Part shown: piece after piece, positions 12,811 to 27,830 of the stretch | Position numbering within the stretch: the stretch's first letter is position 1 | How the letters are laid out: each line of letters starts with the position of its first letter | Source of the DNA: Eledone cirrhosa | Lineage: Eukaryota | Direction: 5' to 3' | Assembly (NCBI GenBank): GCA_964016885.1 | Contig: CAXHJY010001281.1 | Span: 1 to 35,443 of the forward strand | Length of the DNA: 35,443 nt | Program-made: the position numbers and the translations under genes | Notes under the pieces: generated by a model | Database searches by the model: none | What the model was told of the DNA's origin: nothing | The model's input: only the letters and a program-made list of their open reading frames with translations

Positions 12811-14492
12811 AATGGAAAAATTTGAACAGGGACAAAACAGAGAGGCAGTACAACAAATGTTTATTAATTTCACGCCCTGGAGAGTGGGGTGTTGGTGGGG
12901 GACGACGTTTAGGGCGTAAGCCCTTCCTCAGGTGAGAAGTGTGTGGGAACAGAGTTCAAAGGGTGTGTAGGGGTGTGGTGGAGAGACATATAGCGAAAGG
13001 AAACGGTGCGAATGAAAAAATAACAAGTAAAGATAAAAATAAAAATAAAAATAAAGCATGATCAAAATACAAGGAATGAGATAAATTTAAAAATAAAGGC
13101 ATGATCAAAATAAACTGAAATTAAAAGGGGGGTAAACAGGTGGTGGAAGGGTGTGGGGTGTGTAGGGGTGGTGGCGGGTGGAGTGGGGAGAGGGAGACGG
13201 GGTGTCCGAGCGGGGAGGGCTGAAGGTGGTGTGTGTGTAGGTGTGCGTGTGTGTGTGTGTATGTGAAAGTAAGGGTTGGGGAAGAACGGGGTTGCATGTT
13301 CAGGAAGAGGTGTGTGTGGGGGGGTTTTGTGGGTCGGAGTGTCTGTGCGTGTGTGGATAGAGGGGTGGGGGGAGAGGAATCAGGAGGCTGAGGGTGTAAA
13401 TATGTGGTGGAAAGCACGTGTGTGTGGGGTTTAAGCGTGTTGTGGGTGTGGGTGGCGTGTGGAGAAAAAAATGTTTGGGGTGTGTGTGTGGGTGAGTTAT
13501 ATAGGTGATTACGTAAGAGGATGGTTGAAAAGTTGGTAAATTCCAAAGATGTTTAGTGGATTGGTTGTAGGTGAATTTCTGCGTGTGGGTAATCCATGAA
13601 GCGCTGGTCGGAAGAGGAGAGATGTGGGTGCGCGCGCAACAGGAAGTGGTCAGCAGTGGGATTGCTGTGGTCTGTTAGTGCTGGGAGGAGGTCAGAAGGG
13701 CATAGCAGCAGTCGGTGGAATGGTGAGGGGGCGAGGATGGGTAGGTGTGAAAGTTGGAGTGAGGAGGGTGTGTGTGTGTGTGTGTATTAGTAAGGGTGTT
13801 AGTGGGATGAGTGAGTGTGGAGTGAGGGTGTGGGTGGAGCGGGGAGAGAAGGGTGGGTGTGGTTCTATGGAGGGAGTGTGGTGTACTGGTGTGTGTGTAG
13901 TTTGATGAAGAGGTGTTAGTGGGTGTTAGTATACGGGAGGTGGGGAGGGGTTGAATGCAGGTGTGAGTGGGGGTTAGTGGTGGTAGGGTGTGTAGAGTTG
14001 GTGGTGTACGAGGGTGTGTGGGTACGTGTGCGTGGGGTTGGGGGGTGTTAGTGATGTTAGTTGCGTGTGGGGTGGGTGGTGTAAGTGGGTGCGTGTGTTC
14101 GTGTGCTTGGGGTTAGGGGGTGTTAGTGAGGTTAGTTGCGGGGGTGGGATGGAGGTGTGGGGGTGAGAGGTGTGGGGGTGGGGGTTAGTGGTGGTAGTAG
14201 GGTGTGTGTTTAGTGTGAGCGCGTGTATATATGTGCCGGTGGGTGTGTGCGTATGATAAGGAGGGGGGAGGAGGAGAAGATGGGAGGGAAGGGATGTTAG
14301 TATGTTAGTTGGGGAAGGGTGGTCAGATGAGAGGTGGAGTGGAGGTGTTAGTATTGTTAGTTGTGGGGTGGGCGGTGAAAAGGAGGGGTGTGTTAGTGGT
14401 GTTAGTGGGGAATAAGTGTGGGGGAGGGGGCGGTCGAAGACTAAAGGAATAAGGGTGGGGAGTTCAGGCCGGGGCGAGTGTGGGTCTGTAAG
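12811..14492 (-). mobile_element. About 1.7-kb C-rich (minus sense) PLE-derived non-autonomous element with degenerate terminal HHR
   Basis: Bounded by (TA)n on both sides. The minus strand near its 3' end reads CTGAGGA-AGGGC-TTAC-GCCC-TAAA-CGTCGTC (12901-12931; GAAA mutated to TAAA), then AATAAA. The body is low complexity with no credible ORF. Confidence 0.55.
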
Positions 14493-14514
14493 ATGATATA
14501 TATATATACATATG

Positions 14515-14561
<47 letters not shown>

Positions 14562-14621
14562 GTATATATATATATACATATGTATATATATATATCTACA
14601 TATGTATATATATATATCTAC

Positions 14622-14677
<56 letters not shown>

Positions 14678-14750
14678 GTATATATATATATACATATGTA
14701 TATATATATATACATATGTATATATATATATCTACATATGTATATATATA
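14493..14750. repeat. (TA)n array with palindromic marker TACATATGTA (continues at 15500-15835)
   Basis: Read directly. Confidence 0.9.
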
Positions 14751-15498
14751 TATTTATTTAGAAACACACAGATACATGCGGACACACACATATATACATG
14801 AATGCATCCGCACCCAACTGTGAGTTAAGGGTGCCAACTTCACCGATGTTGCTCAATGAATGACTGGGACAGACCAATTCAGTTGAACTAGACTGAACCA
14901 GTATCAGAGTTAAAAATACATTATGAAGAGAGAAGAAACATTTAGATATAATTAGTAATAAAATGTATCATACCTAAACTGCTCCTAAATTCCTCGACTA
15001 CGTAGTTTCGTGGCATAAACAAAAACAATATATCAAAGATATAGAGTCCTTGCGAGGTCTGCCGACTTATCAAGAGGATACCTCATTTTACTAGTCTCAA
15101 GAACGCGTCTACACGACGTGAGAAAGAATCCCAAAAGGCGGAGGGGGAGATAGTCACGCGATATAACGGTCGAGAAACAGAGCTAAGCCTCTTATAACCA
15201 CGAAGAAAATACCACGGAGGCGGAGGGGGTATTCATATCGAGGCCGTAGAAGAGGTAGTGAAGAAGGCGAGAAGTATGAGTAATGGAAGCTTTCCAGTTG
15301 TCCCCACACTTCAAAGATTACTCGACCAGAGGGAGTTATTAATATATTTATTTAGAAACACACAGATACATGCGGACACACACATATATACATGGATGCA
15401 TCCACACCCAACGTAGTCGAGGAATTTAGGAGCAGTTTAGGTATGATACATTTTATTACTAATTATATCTAAATGTTTCTTCTCTCTTCATAATGTAT

Positions 15499-15499
<1 letters not shown>
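14751..15499 (-). mobile_element. Family D HHR element: 594-bp unit + 68-bp partial tandem copy + inverted fragment
   Basis: 14751-14818 is repeated at 15345-15412; 15411-15499 is the reverse complement of 14915-15003; the same TACATATGTA array lies on both flanks. Confidence 0.85.
14991..15078 (-). ncRNA. Type I hammerhead ribozyme, U3-A8 core variant (family D)
   Basis: Minus strand: TCCTC-TTGATAA-GTCGGCA...TGCCAC-GAAA-CTACGTAG-TC-GAGGA; stems I, II and III all pair; GUC triplet. Confidence 0.72.
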
Positions 15500-15559
<60 letters not shown>

Positions 15560-15581
15560 GTATATATATATATATATATAT

Positions 15582-15612
<31 letters not shown>

Positions 15613-15721
15613 TACATATGTATATATATATATACATATGTATATATATATATATACATATGTATATATATATACATATGTATATATATATATATATATA
15701 CATATGTATATATATATATAC

Positions 15722-15817
<96 letters not shown>

Positions 15818-16016
15818 GTGTGTATATATATATAGAGAGAGAGAGATATATAGATAGATAAATATACACGGGTGTGTATGATTGTGTATAGAAGATTATA
15901 TTAATAAAAGGAATTCCAACTTTGTCTAATTTACTCGTTTTATTTACAATCCTTTAAAATTTATAATGGTATTATAATGAAATAGTATGATAGAATATAA
16001 AATGTTAAGTGTTAAT

Positions 16017-16055
16017 TGAACAAGTACTTTCATGCTTTCGCAATCTTCAGGTTCA
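16017..16055 (-). ncRNA. Minimal hammerhead ribozyme (family C)
   Basis: Mirror copy of 16129-16167. Confidence 0.8.
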
Positions 16056-16128
16056 TAATGTGTGGAGACAGTCAAGTTTGCAATTTTCAACAGTTGAAAA
16101 TTGCAAACTTGACTGTCTCCACACATTA

Positions 16129-16167
16129 TGAACCTGAAGATTGCGAAAGCATGAAAGTACTTGTTCA
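16129..16167 (+). ncRNA. Minimal hammerhead ribozyme (family C)
   Basis: TGAAC-CTGAAGA-TTGC-GAAA-GCAT-GAAA-GTAC-TT-GTTCA: 5-bp stem I, GNRA-capped stem II and palindromic 4-nt loop III, as in PLE minimal HHRs. Confidence 0.82.
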
Positions 16168-16273
16168 ATTAACACTTAACATTTAATATTCTATCATACT
16201 ATTTCATTATAATACCATTATAAATTTTAAAGGATTGTAAATAAAACAAGTAAATCAGACAAAGTTGGAATTC

Positions 16274-16308
<35 letters not shown>

Positions 16309-16651
16309 TTTATTAATTAGCCATTGAAATGCAGAGAGAGGGGAAAGAAGAGTGAGGTGGGAACGAAGAAAGGGTGTATCAAATGGATAGATAGACAGAT
16401 AGATAGTTAGATAGATTGATAGAGATAGAGGGGGGGGTGATAACGAAAGAGAGGCTTTGGAGAGAGAGATAAACATAATATCAGATATAGTGACAACAGA
16501 GATAAAGACACTGATAAGAGACGAGATAAGTAAATGGTGTTTATAAAACAGAGGAATATTTAATATTTTGTCATAAAAATATTATTATCTTTCATATTTA
16601 TAGTATTTATATATTAATAGTGAGAAATAGTTAGAAACACATACAGACCCA

Positions 16652-16869
16652 TGGTGGATGGCAGTGTCGGTAGAGGGTCGGACGCCTTGCTTTGCAGCAT
16701 AGAATTACGGCTCTTTATGATCTGAGCTCAAATCCCGCCGAGGTTAACTTTGCCATTCATCCTTATGGGGTCGATCAAATAAAGTACCAGTCACGCACTG
16801 GGGTCGATTTAATCGACTTCCCCCCCCCCCCCCAAATTACTGGCCTTGTGCCTATATAAGTAACCATTA
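16652..16869 (+). mobile_element. tRNA-derived SINE
   Basis: A-box-like TGGCAGTGTCGGTAGAG and B-box-like GCTCAAATCC; central segment homologous to 8241-8394. Confidence 0.8.
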
Positions 16870-17001
16870 TATAAATATATTATTTCTTCATTGGACTGTG
16901 TCGTTTGCCTTGCTGTTTCTGTTTGCCTTTTGAATATATATACATGCTATTGGAATTGAATAATCAAAACCGTAGCGGTATGTCGCATATCCAATCTTAT
17001 A

Positions 17002-17064
17002 TATTGTATCTGATGAAAACGTACTTAAACACCATTGTACCTTTGAAATATGTATAATAAAATA
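17002..17064 (+). ncRNA. Hammerhead ribozyme, diverged relative of family A
   Basis: TATTGTAT-CTGATGA-AAACGTAC...GTACCTTT-GAAA-TATGTA-TA-ATAAAATA. Confidence 0.68.
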
Positions 17065-17312
17065 AAATATATATTTTGATTATGAGAATATTTTTTTCAT
17101 TTATTAATATTTTGAATAATATTAGACTATATATATATATTTATTTATATCTGTATTTTTAACCGTTGGTCAGTCAAAGCTAAACATTAATTGCCAAATA
17201 AATTAACTATGGAGGTATAAAAGATATAGAAGCGAAAACCAACCAAACAGTGAGTGTGTTCTGTTATTATTTCTGGCAATATTATTACAACAATATGACC
17301 CTCCCCAAGTAT

Positions 17313-17364
<52 letters not shown>

Positions 17365-17367
<3 letters not shown>

Positions 17368-17495
17368 AAAAGTAAACGGAAACAACAAAGCAAACATCCC
17401 AGTATAATGAAAAATATAATAGTTTAACGCTTGATATAGTAGGAAAATAGTTTTTACGTTTCGGGCAGCAGTCTTTTATCAGGATATAGAATGAA
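17365..17495 (-). mobile_element. Degenerate PLE-type 3' terminus with decayed HHR
   Basis: Minus strand CTGATAA-AAGACTGCTGCCC-GAAA-CGTA, ending at (TA)n about 90 nt downstream; core and stems are imperfect. Confidence 0.4.
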
Positions 17496-17612
17496 AAATA
17501 AATGAAATAGAAAGATAAGAATTAAGAAGAGGAAGGAACGGAAAATGTATTTTTGAGAAAAAGCATGTGTTTATTCAGTGAGCCATCTTATATATATATA
17601 TATAGGCGTGTA

Positions 17613-17658
<46 letters not shown>

Positions 17659-18688
17659 TGTGCGTATGTGTGTGTGTGGGGGGTGGGGGTTCACATGTAG
17701 TAATACATAAGTTTCTGTTCTTAGAAATCTTTGGGGCACTATATACTTGGTATTGCTGTAGGTAACACATTTGGCATAGCTCTGTTTTGGATTGCACCAA
17801 GCATTATAGAATACAATGTTTCTTATATAATATGCAACCGTTCACAGTTATGATTAATTTTTATTTTCCGAGGCGTCATAAACTTCAGCTGCCAAGAAGA
17901 CGAGCTGTATCAATGTTATGACATTTCAACGACATTTACTGCATTATGTATTGCTTTACTTCGTCCAACTCAAAATTCATAGCAGCAAGTCGTAGATATA
18001 TTAATATTATTAAAGTATTTCCATGACACCCTCGTCCTATAATATCTTAAATGCCGCATTACACAATACTCTTTATAATGAGAAGCTATAAATTTACTAA
18101 CCACCAAATATTTACATCGTACTTACTGAATGAGTATAATAGTTTTTGGGGAGGGTTTAACGCCTCAATAGCGTTTTTAAATGAAGATTTACTCACCACA
18201 ACCACAAAGAGATGCATTACTCCAAAATACCAAATGGAATTGTAGAAGATTATTTCCCAAAATACGTAAATTTCTGACTCGGTTCGGTTCCTTATCAAAT
18301 TTTCATTGTGTTATTTTTTTTTTTTTTTTTTTTTTTCCAGTAAGATTTAGTCAGGGACATCATTGACAAGAGCTTCTTACACTGGGAAAAATGTTGGTGG
18401 GTTTATATATTCATTGAGCACTTATGGTTGTCTTCCAACATGCTATTTCAAACATGTCTAAAGAGCAGTTATTTGGTTATGAAATGAGTTAACCCGCAAA
18501 AGTTATTAATCATGTATTTTCTGTTATGGTATATATACTTTCTGGCATTAATCTGTTATCGAAAATATTATCCTTAATTGCTTAATGAATATTTAATGAG
18601 ATCACAGTGTGTAGTGTTCACCGAAATATGTCTAAGTGCAGATGTTGTACCAGACTTTATTACCAAAAATGCGATCAAACAATATATC

Positions 18689-20498
<1,810 letters not shown>

Positions 20499-20759
20499 GG
20501 AGGTGAGTTTTATTGTAGTACAATAAAGCAATGCAGATATCGGATAAGAAGCACTCTACAGTTTGTAGGACTGCAGTATACATAATATATAAGATCAAAA
20601 TGTTGATTTAAAACTGCACTATCCACAAGTGTTTTTTAACCTTCATATCATGTCCTCCTATTTTATCTGATGAAAACACAAATGTTATTGCATGATGATA
20701 TTTGTTTTTGAAATGCGCATAATAAAATACATGGAACTCATTTAACCATATTTTGATCT

Positions 20760-20769
<10 letters not shown>
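20499..20769. mobile_element. Family A insertion: inverted 3' segment (20499-20600, minus) joined to 5' segment with HHR (20601-20769, plus)
   Basis: Sequence identity to 2138-2390; same start and same internal end point as the 9309-9477 arm. Confidence 0.9.
20659..20729 (+). ncRNA. Type I hammerhead ribozyme (family A)
   Basis: Stem I TATTTTAT/ATAAAATA is fully Watson-Crick; stem II substitutions swap G-U and A-U pairs and keep the helix. Confidence 0.85.
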
Positions 20770-20790
<21 letters not shown>

Positions 20791-20804
20791 GATATATATA
20801 TATC

Positions 20805-20853
<49 letters not shown>

Positions 20854-20876
20854 ATATATATATATATATATATATA

Positions 20877-20927
<51 letters not shown>

Positions 20928-20932
<5 letters not shown>

Positions 20933-23100
20933 TAAAATAACAGATTAAAGTTTAAGCAAAGAATCGCTGCTTTCACCCTTAACGGCATCTTCTGAAACTA
21001 ACAAAGTCAATCTGTAAACGCAGAACTGGATATTTCAAAAAACGTTGCAACCGGAGGAAGACAGGAAGACGATACTTTGGTTCATGGTGACGTTCGCTTG
21101 TAAAGAACGGGAAAAAACGAATAATACGTCATTAATAGGAGCGGTGAAAAACAATTACGTGCAAGGACAGAACCACGTTTATGGTATAAAAGAGGTCGTA
21201 GACTAATGTTCACTAAGTGGTGCATAGAGACGTTCTCTGGCAATGAACGAAAAAACGAAGATAATAAGTCATATGTGGAGCGTGGAGAACAATAGCGTGC
21301 AAAGACAAAACCACGTAAATGGTATAGCAGAAGTCGTAGACTAAAATTCTAACTAGGAGACCGAATGAATCTCCGCTACAGAGTTAAGAACAAAGTAAAT
21401 AAATACAATACAGAAGTAATAGGAACAAATAAATACATACACACAAAGAGATACGTACATACACAACCATACGCAAAACCTTACCATAGGTATACAAAAC
21501 ACGCACATATAAATATGTGTATGTGTGTATGCTTGTGTACAAATAAATAAATAATTATATAAACGTATATAAGTAAATAAATACGTATATAACAAGCGCA
21601 CACACATACCTACAAATAAATACATGAAGGTTCGGAGACGTAAGTCAACTAAAACAAGAAGTACACATAAACACACACCCACCATACGTACTCACGCAGA
21701 CGCAAAACTCCCATATACACATAATCAAGCCCTAAATACCAGAATATGTAAAAATTATACGCCAAAACAGTCAAATATACGTACGAGAAGGTATACATAC
21801 CTTCACAAAACATACGGGTAATATATACTTACCTATGCAAATAAGTAAAGGAATAAACAAAACATATACTTAGCTCCCACATCAAGACGTAAATATCCAC
21901 GTATAGATCGTGCTATCCGTTAGGGTATAACGTAGGGCTGTAATACAGGAAAGTTTTGTGCAATTTATGTTTACAAGCCGAAATTGCCTCAGATTTTTTG
22001 TTTAAGATGTGGTCTGTGGCGTAGAGTATTTCCAGGGCCTCAGCGGCGCAGAGGTCACATGGTGTTTTATTTCCGTTATACGATCTAGCCCTAGCTAGGA
22101 TCTCCCAGTGTAACTTATATTGGGTGTGGTTGTCTTTAGACTCCAGATATAAGCTGAAAGTGACGTCATATTCCTTCTTAGAGGGTAACGAAAAGAATGG
22201 GTATGCATGTAAAGACGCTGCTTGAAACTATTGGCGGTTAACCCTATATAGGCCCTACGGGACGTGGGTGTTACAACCTTACATTTGTAGACAATGTTAC
22301 TAGAGAGGCATTTCCCGGATAGGGACAATCAGCCCGATTCCTACAATTACAGTTAGTACTAACTACAGGGTTGCACGTGTTCCTACGGCTAGGTATTTTA
22401 GCTAAATTTGAAGCTGTGATGTTATGTGCAAGGTTAGGAGTCGTAGAGTAAGAAATTTTAATAGTGTTTCTATTAAAAATTTTACTATATTTATGTGTAG
22501 GGGGAAAATGCTTCGTAATAAGGGAAAGAAAGATCTTAGCTAATGGTGTGGCCACCTCCATATTATATGGTGGGTTAAACCAACAAATGCGACGGGATCT
22601 ATTTCTTCTAGGTCTATTCTCGTACTCTATATATGCTACCTTATCGACAAATCCACTTCGAGCAAGAGCTTCATTGTAATAAGTGGAATGGTCGTTGAAA
22701 ATGCGCTCGTTGGTGGAAAGACGGGAAAGCCTCAACGAAACGTTTTTTACCAGGTTCTTGGTTATGCTGGCAGGATGGTTGGAATGCTTACTTATGTAAT
22801 TAAGCGTATCATTCGGCTTTCTATACGGGTAATACAACCCATTCAATAAATTGAGGGTAACGTCGAGGTAATTAACGACCGAGAGATTGGCCTCAACCTG
22901 TATAGAGAGGTTGAAGCCTTTAAAGAAGGCTGTGAGTTCTTTTCTGAATCTGTCGCAAGCACGAGGTCCGCACTTAGTCATGGTCAAAAGGCCATCGTCA
23001 CGGTACAAACCACCGCCTGCGTTGGGGAATTCGTCCTTGATAGAGAAAAGAAGGAAAAGGCCAATAAGAACAGTAACCTCCGCAGAGTCACTGGCGCCCT
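20928..23100 (-). mobile_element. 5'-truncated Penelope-like element (Naiad-like) with about 1-kb 3' UTR, in (TA)n
   Basis: RT and GIY-YIG remnants; 3' UTR has a roughly 100-bp direct repeat (21103-21205 / 21243-21344), a degenerate HHR-like motif (20961-21000) and AATAAA at the (TA)n junction. Confidence 0.88.
21913..23098 (-). pseudogene. PLE RT (3' half) + GIY-YIG endonuclease, two frameshifts (about 22323 and 22133)
   Basis: [73 protein letters not shown], stop at 21913. Confidence 0.9.
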
Positions 23101-24895
<1,795 letters not shown>

Positions 24896-24906
24896 ATATA
24901 TATATA

Positions 24907-25028
<122 letters not shown>

Positions 25029-25234
25029 ATATATATATATATATATATATAAGATATATATATATATATATATAAGATATATATATATATATATATATAT
25101 ATAAGATATATATATATATATATATATAAGATATATATATATATATATATATATATAAGATATATATATATATATATATATATAAGATATATATATATAT
25201 ATATATATAAGATATATATATATATAAGATATAT

Positions 25235-27226
25235 CAACAAAACCAAAACAAGAAGGAATCCTATTTGAAACGTGCACTACTTGACACCGAGATTGCACTC
25301 AAGCTTTCACATGAGAATGAGAGGGCAAGGAAAGAGAACAGGGCCATAGAAAACATTAAAACAAACCCTAAGGCCTTCTTTAAATTTGCTAAAGAAACTG
25401 CCTCAGTACACTGCAAGATTGGACCACTCTTCCACACGGACGGTTCATTAACCGAAAATCCCCAAGAGATATGTGAAATACTGAACGAACAGTACAAAAG
25501 TGTCTTCACATGTCCACTGAGGCACATACAAATAACGAAGCCAGAGGAGTTCTTTGATGCCACAACACTACATCAAGAAATGGCAACCATCAACCACATA
25601 GACATAACGGAGGAGGATGTGGTGTACGCCATTGATGAAATTAGAACAGACTCGGCTGCTGAACCTGATGGATTCCCAGCAGTTCTCCTAAAAATATGTA
25701 AGCGGGCCTTAGCAACTCCACTGAAGATGCTCTTCAGAAGCTCCTTGGCTAGCGGTGTACTACCCAGGGAGCTGAAAGAAGGCACAATATGCCCTATCCA
25801 TAAAGGAGGTAGTAGAGCGGAGGCCAAGAACTATAGGCCAGTCTCCCTGACGTCGCATATCAGCAAGGTCATGGAGCGAGTCGTCAGAAAGAAACTAATC
25901 ACTTTCCTCGAAGAAAATGACCGCCTGACTAGCACGCAACATGGCTTCCGCCCAGGAAGAAGCTGCCTTACACAGCTGCTACATCACTACGACTGGGTAC
26001 TAAGACAACTGCTAGACGGCTCACATGTAGACGTGATATATCTTGACTTTGCGAAGGCCTTTGACAAGGTCGACCACGGAATGATATGTCACAAACTACA
26101 CGGACTCGGCATAACTGGAAAAGTAGGTGAATGGCTGCATGGCTTCCTAAGGGACAGAAGCCAGGCAGTCGCAGCAAATGGGGCCCTCTCGAGGGAAACA
26201 CCGATAACAAGTGGGGTGCCTCAGGGGACAGTCCTGGGACCACTACTGTTTTTGGTGGCTCTCTCGGACATGCCCTCTGTGGTGCATGCGACAACATCCC
26301 TCACTAGCTATGCTGATGACACTAAGGTAGCACAGGCAATCAAAAACCCGGCTGACGCTGCCCTCTTACAGCAGGATCTGGATGCCATATACAGATGGGC
26401 GGAAGAAAACAACATGCAGTTTAATGCTGGCAAATTCCAAGCCCTACAATACAAACCTGCAAACACAAACACAAATATAGCGGAACACAGCTACACAGGA
26501 CCAGGAGGGACCGATATCCCCGTGTCAAAATCGATACGAGACCTGGGCATAGACATGAGCGATGATGCATCTTTTTCTTCACACATCATGAAGGGGGCGA
26601 CAGCATGTAGACGATTCGCTGGCTGGATCTTGAGGACTTTCCTTACAAGAGATCGAGACACCATGTTGACACTGTGGAGGACTTTTGTCCTAAGCCGCCT
26701 GGACTACTGCTCCCAGCTGTGGTCACCCCATAGTGTCAAACTAACCACAGAGCTTGAGGCAATCCAGCGAAGCTACACCAAGAGGATTGCCAAGATGAGG
26801 GAGACAAGCTACTGGGAGAGGCTGAAGGAACTGAACCTCTACTCCTTGGAGCGAAGACGGGAGAAATACGCAGTGATCTACATGTGGAAAATCCTGGAGG
26901 GACTAGCACCAAACTTTGGCATTGGGAGCTGGACCAACCGTCGAACAGGACGTCACTGTGTGGTGCCAAAGGTCCCGTCTTCCACATCTAGAATAAGGAG
27001 CAGGTATTGCAATAGCCTGGGATTCAAGGGCCCTCAACTCTTCAACAGGCTGCCGAGGCATCTGCGAGACTTGCATGACGTGGAGGTGGATGTCATTAAG
27101 AAACATCTCGACACCTTGTTATCCAGGATCCCGGATGAGCCCACAGCAAGACACGAGGGAAACCTAAGGGCAGCAGCAACAAACTCCCTCCTACACCAGT
27201 GGCCAACCTATACAGGCTGGAGATAA
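25235..27226 (+). CDS. LINE ORF2 reverse transcriptase domain (no APE domain; 5'-truncated, frame open)
   Basis: NPKAFF, PDG, PIHKGG, NYRPVSLTS, QHGF, YLDFAKAFDKVDH, SGVPQGTVLGPLLF, YADD, DLG, LDYCSQLWSP, SLERRR. Confidence 0.92.
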   Translation, partial: QQNQNKKESYLKRALLDTEIALKLSHENERARKENRAIENIKTNPKAFFKFAKETASVHCKIGPLFHTDGSLTENPQEICEILNEQYKSVFTCPLRHIQITKPEEFFDATTLHQEMATINHIDITEEDVVYAIDEIRTDSAAEPDGFPAVLLKICKRALATPLKMLFRSSLASGVLPRELKEGTICPIHKGGSRAEAKNYRPVSLTSHISKVMERVVRKKLITFLEENDRLTSTQHGFRPGRSCLTQLLHHYDWVLRQLLDGSHVDVIYLDFAKAFDKVDHGMICHKLHGLGITGKVGEWLHGFLRDRSQAVAANGALSRETPITSGVPQGTVLGPLLFLVALSDMPSVVHATTSLTSYADDTKVAQAIKNPADAALLQQDLDAIYRWAEENNMQFNAGKFQALQYKPANTNTNIAEHSYTGPGGTDIPVSKSIRDLGIDMSDDASFSSHIMKGATACRRFAGWILRTFLTRDRDTMLTLWRTFVLSRLDYCSQLWSPHSVKLTTELEAIQRSYTKRIAKMRETSYWERLKELNLYSLERRREKYAVIYMWKILEGLAPNFGIGSWTNRRTGRHCVVPKVPSSTSRIRSRYCNSLGFKGPQLFNRLPRHLRDLHDVEVDVIKKHLDTLLSRIPDEPTARHEGNLRAAATNSLLHQWPTYTGWR

Positions 27227-27310
27227 AATGTGTAGCAACAAGGGCGGTGCTCCAGCATGGCCTCAGCCGGATGGCTAAAACAGGTAAAAGAGTAAAAGAG
27301 TAAAAGAGTA
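25235..27310 (+). mobile_element. 5'-truncated CR1-group LINE with (AAAAGAGT)n tail, in (TA)n
   Basis: Long RT ORF, short 3' UTR with hairpin (AGCC-GGAT-GGCT) and three 8-nt tail repeats. Confidence 0.88.

Positions 27311-27830
<520 letters not shown>

Larger units (their letters stand above)
15904..16280. mobile_element. Family C HHR element as a head-to-head palindrome (188-bp arms, 1-nt spacer at 16092)
   Basis: TTTTCAAC-A-GTTGAAAA centre; about 3 substitutions between arms; the right arm ends at (TA)n. Confidence 0.92.

Noticed and set aside
13960-14200. Telomere-like GGGTTAG motifs
   Set aside because: Isolated occurrences in G-rich low-complexity sequence; no tandem TTAGGG array.
13121-14675. 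Pro/His/Thr-rich minus-strand ORFs as proteins
   Set aside because: Compositional artefacts of C/A-rich sequence; only faint, unconvincing resemblance to PLE endonuclease ends.
20961-21000. Functional HHR at the Naiad-like 3' end
   Set aside because: Core reads CAGAAGA and stems I and III are unclear; noted only as a degenerate motif.
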